IMG/VR virus record: IMGVR_UViG_3300045988_116769
DNA length: 22,346 nt
From: a virus
Taxonomy: Duplodnaviria; Heunggongvirae; Uroviricota; Caudoviricetes
Strand: one strand, 5' to 3'
The notes below the pieces were generated by a model. The model worked only from the letters and a program-made list of their open reading frames with translations. It searched no databases and had not been told where the DNA came from. Shown here in pieces: positions 8,825 through 15,642 of the stretch; the stretch's first letter is position 1; each line of letters begins with the position of its first letter. The position numbers and the translations under genes are program-made.

Positions 8825-9679
8825 TCAGCAGTTCGTCAGCAGGGCATCACCGCCACCGCCGGTGGCTTTACTGCGGCGCTGCTGGGTCAGACTTTCGGTG
8901 CTGTCGAGACTGTTTTTCAGGCGGGTGAATGCCTGGCTGGTTTCATCCGCCCTGTCAGTCACATCCTGCTTAAGTGCGGAAAAGGCGGTTTCCATCTCAG
9001 CGAGGCGCTGCTCAGTGGCGCTCAGTTTTTCCTGCACATGTTCAGCAACAGCGGTCACCGCTTCATGCACATCATTCAGACGGGCATCATCGCTGGCCTG
9101 TTTGCGGCCAAAAATGGATTTCACCTTTTCGGTCAGGGCGGTGAACACGGTTTCAGGCAGGTCTTCAAATTCCAGCTCAACAGGCGTTGCCACTGAAATC
9201 AGGTTTTCAGGGCTTAATTTGAAGCGGTTCAGGGGGTTGTGTTTTGCCGTGCGGCAGAATTCCAGGTATTCCGTGCCGAGGCTTGCCGGGTCATCGGTGA
9301 CGGCCAGCCCCACCAGATAACATTTGCCGGTATTGGCAAAGTTCGGCTGAATTTCCATTGAGGTGTAGACCTTCTGCGCGGCCTTGTTCATCGCGATAAG
9401 GTCATCGGTCGGGGTGATTTTCGCAAACAGCGCCCATTTGCCTTTCAGCGCCGAATCGTCGTCAATCTTTTCGGCCTTCAGTTCGGCCACATCGCCATAA
9501 CGCTTAAAAATACCGTCAGGCAGGATGCCACGCAGATGTTCCAGGTTAATGCGGCAACCATAGACTCGCGGGTCAAAGGTTTCGGCCATTTCCTGAATAT
9601 CCTGCGCACTGATGACACGCCCGTCACAGGTGTCACCCTCAACGCCGATACGAAAGAATTTTGAGACTTTTTTTGCCAT
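8825..9679 (-). CDS. O: Capsid scaffolding protein O
   Basis: Internal start MAKKVSKFFRIGVEGDTCDGRV at 9679 gives 284 aa as in P2 gpO; the track ORF has a 22-codon upstream extension. Confidence 0.85.
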   Translation of the reverse strand: MAKKVSKFFRIGVEGDTCDGRVISAQDIQEMAETFDPRVYGCRINLEHLRGILPDGIFKRYGDVAELKAEKIDDDSALKGKWALFAKITPTDDLIAMNKAAQKVYTSMEIQPNFANTGKCYLVGLAVTDDPASLGTEYLEFCRTAKHNPLNRFKLSPENLISVATPVELEFEDLPETVFTALTEKVKSIFGRKQASDDARLNDVHEAVTAVAEHVQEKLSATEQRLAEMETAFSALKQDVTDRADETSQAFTRLKNSLDSTESLTQQRRSKATGGGGDALLTNC

Positions 9680-9852
9680 TGTCAGGAGTCCTGAATAGTG
9701 ATTAGAGGAGTCACATGTCGGCATCAGTTTCCCGACGATGCGCATCCTCCGCCATCAGTCCCGGATGGCTTATCACTGACACAACAGCACCTTAGCGAAT
9801 CGCGGGGCGCGACTCAGTAGCCTTGCCGTGTATTCATCACGGCGAGGTATTC
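9680..9852. promoter_or_regulatory. Divergent late-promoter region between O (minus) and P (plus)
   Basis: In P2 this intergenic region carries the divergent Ogr-activated late promoters. A near-consensus activator dyad TGG-N12-ACA lies at 9766-9783, about 70 nt upstream of the P start. Positional call. Confidence 0.4.
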
Positions 9853-11625
9853 ATGACCATCACCACAGACACCACTCTTTTACACGACCCGCGTCGTCAG
9901 GCGGCGCTGCTGTACTGGCAGGGATTTTCCGTGCCGCAGATTGCCGCCATGTTGCAGATGAAACGCCCGACGGTGCAGAGCTGGAAACAGCGCGACGGCT
10001 GGGACAGCGTTGCCCCCATCAGCCGTGTCGAAATGAGTCTGGAAGCGCGGCTGACCCAGCTCATCATCAAACCGCAGAAAACCGGCGGTGACTTCAAGGA
10101 AATTGACCTGCTCGGACGCCAGATTGAACGACTGGCACGGGTCAACCGTTACAGTGAGACCGGCAACGAGGCAGACCTTAATCCGAACGTCGCTAACCGC
10201 AACAAAGGCGGGCGTCGCAAACCGAAAAAGAATTTTTTCAGTGACGAGGCCATCGAAAAGCTGGAGCAGATTTTCTTTGAGCAGTCTTTCGAATATCAGT
10301 TGCACTGGTATCGCGCCGGGCTTGAGCACCGCATCCGCGATATCCTGAAATCCCGCCAGATTGGCGCGACGTTTTATTTTTCCCGCGAGGCGCTGCTGCG
10401 CGCCCTGAAAACCGGTCATAACCAGATTTTTCTGTCGGCCAGTAAAACGCAGGCGTATGTGTTCCGCGAATACATCATCGCCTTTGCCCGGCTGGTTGAC
10501 GTTGACCTGACCGGTGACCCGATTGTCCTGGGCAATAACGGCGCAAAACTGATTTTTCTCGGCACCAACTCCAACACCGCGCAGAGCCATAACGGCGACC
10601 TGTACGTCGACGAGATTTTCTGGATCCCGAATTTTCAGGTACTGCGTAAGGTGGCATCAGGTATGGCCTCACAGAGTCACCTGCGTTCGACCTATTTCTC
10701 CACCCCGTCCACGCTGGCGCACGACGCCTACCCGTTCTGGTCGGGTGAACTGTTCAACCGGGGACGCGCCAGCGCCGCCGAACGCGTGGAAATCGACGTC
10801 AGTCATAACGCCCTTGCCGGTGGGCTTCTCTGTGCAGACGGCCAGTGGCGGCAGATTGTCACCATTGAGGACGCGCTGAAAGGCGGCTGCACGCTGTTCG
10901 ACATTGAGCAGCTCAAACGCGAAAACAGCGCCGACGATTTTAAAAACCTGTTCATGTGTGAATTTGTTGACGACAAGGCGTCAGTGTTCCCGTTCGAGGA
11001 GCTGCAACGCTGCATGGTCGACACGCTGGAAGAATGGGAAGACTACGCGCCGTTTGCCGCAAATCCGTTCGGCTCCCGCCCGGTATGGATTGGTTACGAC
11101 CCGTCACACCGTGGCGACAGTGCCGGATGCGTGGTACTGGCACCGCCGGTGGTGGCCGGTGGCAAATTCAGAATACTTGAGCGTCACCAGTGGAAAGGCA
11201 TGGACTTTGCCACCCAGGCTGAATCCATCCGCAAACTCACCGAAAAATACAACGTCGAATACATCGGAATTGATGCCACCGGCCTCGGTGTCGGCGTGTT
11301 TCAGCTCGTTCGCTCGTTCTATCCCGCCGCGCGCGATATCCGCTACACGCCGGAAATGAAAACCGCAATGGTGCTCAAGGCAAAAGACGTTATTCGCCGT
11401 GGCTGTCTGGAATATGACGTCAGCGCCACCGACATCACCAGCTCGTTTATGGCTATCCGCAAGACCATGACCAGCAGCGGACGCAGCGCCACCTATGAGG
11501 CCAGCCGCAGCGAGGAAGCCAGCCATGCCGACCTCGCCTGGGCGACCATGCACGCCCTGTTAAATGAGCCACTCACCGCCGGTATCAGCACCCCGCTGAC
11601 ATCCACCATTCTGGAGTTTTACTGA
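9853..11625 (+). CDS. P: Terminase ATPase (large) subunit P
   Basis: Start MTITTDTTLLHDPRRQAALLYWQGF at 9853 with GAGGT Shine-Dalgarno 5 nt upstream gives 590 aa as in P2 gpP; the track ORF starts 10 codons earlier. Confidence 0.9.
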   Translation: MTITTDTTLLHDPRRQAALLYWQGFSVPQIAAMLQMKRPTVQSWKQRDGWDSVAPISRVEMSLEARLTQLIIKPQKTGGDFKEIDLLGRQIERLARVNRYSETGNEADLNPNVANRNKGGRRKPKKNFFSDEAIEKLEQIFFEQSFEYQLHWYRAGLEHRIRDILKSRQIGATFYFSREALLRALKTGHNQIFLSASKTQAYVFREYIIAFARLVDVDLTGDPIVLGNNGAKLIFLGTNSNTAQSHNGDLYVDEIFWIPNFQVLRKVASGMASQSHLRSTYFSTPSTLAHDAYPFWSGELFNRGRASAAERVEIDVSHNALAGGLLCADGQWRQIVTIEDALKGGCTLFDIEQLKRENSADDFKNLFMCEFVDDKASVFPFEELQRCMVDTLEEWEDYAPFAANPFGSRPVWIGYDPSHRGDSAGCVVLAPPVVAGGKFRILERHQWKGMDFATQAESIRKLTEKYNVEYIGIDATGLGVGVFQLVRSFYPAARDIRYTPEMKTAMVLKAKDVIRRGCLEYDVSATDITSSFMAIRKTMTSSGRSATYEASRSEEASHADLAWATMHALLNEPLTAGISTPLTSTILEFY

Positions 11626-12659
11626 TGAGCAAGAAAAAAGGGAAAACACCGCAACCTGCGGCAAAAAAAATGACCCCCAGCGCACCGAAAATGGAGGCAT
11701 TCACCTTTGGTGAGCCGGTGCCGGTACTCGACCGCCGTGACATTCTGGATTACGTCGAGTGCATCAGTAACGGCAGATGGTATGAGCCACCGGTCAGCTT
11801 TACCGGTCTGGCAAAAAGCCTGCGTGCTGCCGTGCATCACAGCTCACCGATTTACGTTAAACGCAATATTCTGGCCTCGACATTTATCCCGCATCCGTGG
11901 CTTTCCCAGCAGGATTTCAGCCGCTTTGTGCTGGATTTTCTGGTTTTCGGTAATGCGTTTCTGGAAAAGCGTTACAGCACCACCGGTAAGGTCATCAGAC
12001 TGGAAACCTCACCGGCAAAATATACCCGCCGTGGCGTGGAGGAGGATGTTTACTGGTGGGTGCCGTCCTTCAACGAGCCGACAGCCTTCACGCCCGGCTC
12101 CGTGTTTCACCTGCTGGAGCCGGATATTAATCAGGAGTTGTACGGCCTGCCGGAATATCTCAGCGCCCTTAATTCTGCCTGGCTGAATGAGTCGGCCACG
12201 CTGTTCCGCCGAAAGTATTACGAAAATGGCGCTCATGCCGGATACATCATGTACGTCACCGATGCCGTGCAGGATCGCAACGATATCGAAATGCTTCGCG
12301 AAAACATGGTTAAGTCGAAAGGCCGCAACAACTTTAAAAATCTGTTTCTCTATGCCCCGCAGGGGAAAGCTGACGGCATTAAAATTATCCCGCTCAGTGA
12401 AGTGGCAACGAAGGACGATTTTTTTAATATCAAAAAAGCCAGCGCCGCTGACCTGCTGGACGCGCACCGCATCCCCTTTCAGTTGATGGGCGGCAAGCCG
12501 GAGAACGTCGGGTCACTGGGAGATATTGAGAAAGTGGCAAAGGTCTTTGTCCGCAATGAGCTTATCCCGCTACAGGACAGGATCCGCGAGATAAACGGCT
12601 GGCTCGGTCAGGAGGTCATCCGCTTTAAAAACTACTCACTGGACACTGACAACGGCTGA
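11625..12659 (+). CDS. Q: Portal (capsid vertex) protein Q
   Basis: 344-aa ORF, same length as P2 gpQ; start overlaps the P stop (ATGA); ends 168 nt before cos as in P2. Confidence 0.9.
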   Translation: MSKKKGKTPQPAAKKMTPSAPKMEAFTFGEPVPVLDRRDILDYVECISNGRWYEPPVSFTGLAKSLRAAVHHSSPIYVKRNILASTFIPHPWLSQQDFSRFVLDFLVFGNAFLEKRYSTTGKVIRLETSPAKYTRRGVEEDVYWWVPSFNEPTAFTPGSVFHLLEPDINQELYGLPEYLSALNSAWLNESATLFRRKYYENGAHAGYIMYVTDAVQDRNDIEMLRENMVKSKGRNNFKNLFLYAPQGKADGIKIIPLSEVATKDDFFNIKKASAADLLDAHRIPFQLMGGKPENVGSLGDIEKVAKVFVRNELIPLQDRIREINGWLGQEVIRFKNYSLDTDNG

Positions 12660-12664
12660 ACATC

Positions 12665-12686
12665 GCCGCCTGCGGGCGGCTTTTTT
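12665..12686 (+). terminator. Rho-independent terminator of the P-Q operon
   Basis: GCCGCC-tgcg-GGCGGC hairpin followed by TTTTTT, 5 nt after the Q stop codon. Confidence 0.75.
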
Positions 12687-12826
12687 ACATCCCGTCATCA
12701 CGCCCTCACACACTCACCACCGCACAAAACAGCCCGCAGGCAAACCAACGCCCAACGGACAGACTAAGCGCCGTCACGACGCGCTGAGACGCTGAAAAAA
12801 TAAAATCAGCACCACCGCCAGCGCGC

Positions 12827-12845
12827 AGTGCTTTCCCCGCCTCGC
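12827..12845. other. cos site (19-nt cohesive end of P2/186)
   Basis: GTGCTTTCCCCGCCTCGCC is the reverse complement of the cohesive end GGCGAGGCGGGGAAAGCAC as I recall it. Adjacent bases (reverse complement of about 12720-12845) also match my recollection of the P2 left-end sequence. Confidence 0.8.
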
Positions 12846-13121
12846 CCGCCCGCTTCATGGGGCGGTTTTAATGCAGTTGCATGAGTACGTTGAATCCTCG
12901 CTAGCTGTGACGTAAAGCAATGAGGACGCATAACTTTGACACATGCAAAACCATGCACCTGATACATGCATAGTTATTACTTTGTAAAAACATAAAAAAA
13001 GGAAATCCCATGAACAAAAATCAAACTATTAATAAAAATTTTTATATCTCTTAGAACAAAAGATTTTGCTTGAACAAAGTAAACTTCTGAGGTAGATCTT
13101 TATCGTTTAGCAAAATAATTC

Positions 13122-13175
13122 ATGTTAAACAGCTTAAATATTTATACAATATCATTGGCAATGATGAGGTTTTAA
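13122..13175 (+). promoter_or_regulatory. Putative promoter/operator and RBS of the cargo gene
   Basis: -10-like TACAAT at 13145-13150; 15-bp palindrome ATCATTG-G-CAATGAT at 13151-13165; GAGGT Shine-Dalgarno at 13166-13170, 5 nt before the ATG. AT-rich context, -35 not clear. Confidence 0.35.
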
Positions 13176-15395
13176 ATGGAACTTAAATTAAAGAATATAA
13201 CCAGCTATAAGAAAGATAGCTTCACGACTCTTAATCTCTCAAAAAAAATTAATATACTTTATGGTCACAACGGTTGTGGAAAATCAACCATATCTAATTA
13301 TTTCTATAATCCAAATAACACGGACTACAAAGAATGCGAATGTCCTTTCATAGATACTTTTCGCCTATTGGTTTATAATACTAAGTTTGTTGAGGATAAT
13401 TTTTATAATGCAAAAGAGCAAAAAGGAGTATTCACTTTAAGTAAGGAAAATGCTGACATTGAAAAAGAATTGTTGGAAAAAGAAGCTATAAGACAAGACC
13501 TACTTACAAAATACAAAGATAAAAAAAACGTTATTGAGCGTTTAATTAAAGATAAAAACAATAAAGAAAATGAATATATTGATTTAATATGGAATAAAGC
13601 AGAACCTTTTAGATCATCTGACTTAAAGAACTTGATGAAAGGTCAGTTAGGAAGCAAGAGATCATTTTATGAGCAAGTTAAAAAAGCCCCTCAAACCACT
13701 GACGTTAACATCGAGTCACTTGCTCAAGAATATAGTATTCTTTTAAAGAACAAAGATAAATTCACTGCATCAATTACACCTTTAGAAAAATATATCATTT
13801 CAGAAAAAGATAAAGAATCTTTATCCACTCCGATTATAGACTCAAGTAATAGCTATTTGTCAGAAACAATTAAACAACTTCAAAACCTTGACTGGGTGAA
13901 AAAAGGGAAGGAATTATATTTAAATGGCACATGTTGCCCATTCTGCCAAGAAGACACTATTAAAGACAAATTTTTAGAAGCAATTGAATCTATCTTTGAT
14001 GATAGCTACTCCAAGAAAGTTGACCAAATACGCATTATCAGATCGTCTTATGAATCCGCTACCATAGATAATTTAAGAAAAATAAAACAAGAGATTTCAT
14101 CTTGTGAATTAATCACCTCAAAAGAAAAAGATATAACATCATCTCATATAGCGTTATTAGAGGAAATAGCAAACAAAAACTTAAAATTGATGTTAGATAA
14201 AATCAATAACCCATCTATATCTATTATTTTGGAATCCAATAGCGACCTTGAAGCAAAGGTAGTTGATAATATAGCAGAGTACAACAATAGAATTAAAGAA
14301 ATAAATATTAAAGTCAAACAATTTAAGGATAGTGAAAAGTCTATACGTTACAAAATATGGGGAGCAATAAGAGAATTATGCAACGCTGAGTTTGAAGCTT
14401 TCTCAAAATATGAGAATGACTATAAAATCATTTATGAACAATATCAACTTGAATTAAATACCATAAAAGAACAAGGAGATAACAATAGCAAAAAGATCAA
14501 AGAGCTACGCGATCAAATATCTAACATTGATGCAACCATAGATTCTATAAATCAACGTCTAAAATTATTAGGAATTTATGGTTTTAGCATAAAAAAACAC
14601 ACTGAGAGCAATGATAAATATATTATATCACGTTCTGAAAACACAACAGATAAAGATGTATACAGATCTCTTAGCGAGGGTGAAAAAACTTTAATTACCT
14701 TTCTCTACTTTCTGGAATGCTGTAAAGGTAAGACAGATAAGAATGATACGGATATGCGAGATGTATTTATCGTTATTGATGATCCAATATCCAGCCTCTC
14801 TCAAAATTATGTGTACGATATTGCTTCAATAATTCACCATGAAATAATCAACAATAACAAAGCAGTAAAGAAAACATTAATACTCACACATAACCTTTAT
14901 TTCTTTCATGAACTTATCAAATTAGCTCCTAGAAGCAAAGAAGATAGAACATTCAAGCGTGATTATTATCTTGGACGAGTAACAAAAAATGAATATAGCA
15001 TAATTACAGAAATAGAGAAAAAGAGCATTCAGAATGAATACCAGTCCCTATGGCAAGTATTAAAAGATGCGAAGGATGGAAGGGTAAATAAAGTCATAAT
15101 ACCTAACATCATGAGAAATATACTGGAATACTACTTCGCATTTGTTCATAGAACGGATGCATTACAGACAGAGTTAAATAAACTTGCTAGCGATGATAAG
15201 AATAATGATTTTAGAGCATTTTATAGATACATTAATAGAGGTTCCCATTCAGATGCAGTTAATATCACAGACATGGGAGATATATCTCCAGAGAAATATA
15301 TGGAGCAACTAAAAACCATTTTTCGTATGACTGGTGATGAAAAACATTATTTGAAAATGATGGACGAAGAGGAAGAGGAAACCGTTACCGCTTAG
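13176..15395 (+). CDS. Cargo gene: 739-aa ABC/SMC-like ATPase of the AAA_13 type with a coiled-coil insert carrying CxxC and a C-terminal domain; candidate RloC/PrrC-like anti-phage protein
   Basis: Walker A GHNGCGKST (13263-13289); C253-C254-P-F-C257 (13932-13946) in a Lys/Glu-rich coiled-coil-like stretch; signature LSEGEK (14670-14687); Walker B VFIVIDD with D-loop PISSLS (14763-14801); H-loop LILTHN; C-terminal R647-x3-E651 and His 658/691. About 30% GC against roughly 55% in flanking phage genes. Convergent with gene A. Confidence 0.75.
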   Translation: MELKLKNITSYKKDSFTTLNLSKKINILYGHNGCGKSTISNYFYNPNNTDYKECECPFIDTFRLLVYNTKFVEDNFYNAKEQKGVFTLSKENADIEKELLEKEAIRQDLLTKYKDKKNVIERLIKDKNNKENEYIDLIWNKAEPFRSSDLKNLMKGQLGSKRSFYEQVKKAPQTTDVNIESLAQEYSILLKNKDKFTASITPLEKYIISEKDKESLSTPIIDSSNSYLSETIKQLQNLDWVKKGKELYLNGTCCPFCQEDTIKDKFLEAIESIFDDSYSKKVDQIRIIRSSYESATIDNLRKIKQEISSCELITSKEKDITSSHIALLEEIANKNLKLMLDKINNPSISIILESNSDLEAKVVDNIAEYNNRIKEINIKVKQFKDSEKSIRYKIWGAIRELCNAEFEAFSKYENDYKIIYEQYQLELNTIKEQGDNNSKKIKELRDQISNIDATIDSINQRLKLLGIYGFSIKKHTESNDKYIISRSENTTDKDVYRSLSEGEKTLITFLYFLECCKGKTDKNDTDMRDVFIVIDDPISSLSQNYVYDIASIIHHEIINNNKAVKKTLILTHNLYFFHELIKLAPRSKEDRTFKRDYYLGRVTKNEYSIITEIEKKSIQNEYQSLWQVLKDAKDGRVNKVIIPNIMRNILEYYFAFVHRTDALQTELNKLASDDKNNDFRAFYRYINRGSHSDAVNITDMGDISPEKYMEQLKTIFRMTGDEKHYLKMMDEEEEETVTA

Positions 15396-15642
15396 GCCGC
15401 ATATCATCGGGTTGGGTAAGAACGACGGTGTTCACACACCGTCTCCCACTTACCGAAACGATAGCGATTGTACTGACGTACTTTCACTAACTTTAACATG
15501 AGATTATCTCCATGCCAGCACTATTGTTGCCAATAGCAGCCTTTACACCCTTTGTATAAAGCTAATACCAAGAGCAATGCAAGGATACCCCAAGCGGTAA
15601 CTGGCGTGGATTCTAGAGCAGCCTAACTAAAAAATCAAAGCA

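Noticed and set aside
9880-10590. 236-aa minus-strand ORF (and 11104-11553, 11707-12186, 12009-12467)
   Set aside because: Antisense or out of frame within terminase P and portal Q, which are full-length matches to P2 proteins.
12880-12960. Cluster of short CATGCA-containing palindromes just beyond cos
   Set aside because: Short and low-complexity; no consistent spacing or repeat-unit structure that would indicate a CRISPR array, iterons or defined binding sites. It may belong to the cos recognition region, which cannot be resolved by eye.
13176-15395. Possibility that the cargo gene is a P2 Old (ATPase-Toprim) or Gabija GajA-type protein
   Set aside because: The ATPase motifs fit, but the C-terminal 165 aa lacks a recognisable Toprim signature (conserved Glu plus DxD), and the long coiled-coil with CxxC between Walker A and Walker B is not an Old feature. 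The AAA_13/RloC-like reading is preferred but unverified.
15424-15443. Inverted repeat GACGGTGT-tcac-ACACCGTC downstream of the cargo gene stop
   Set aside because: No T-run follows on either strand and it lies inside the candidate 31-codon ORF, so it is not called as a terminator.
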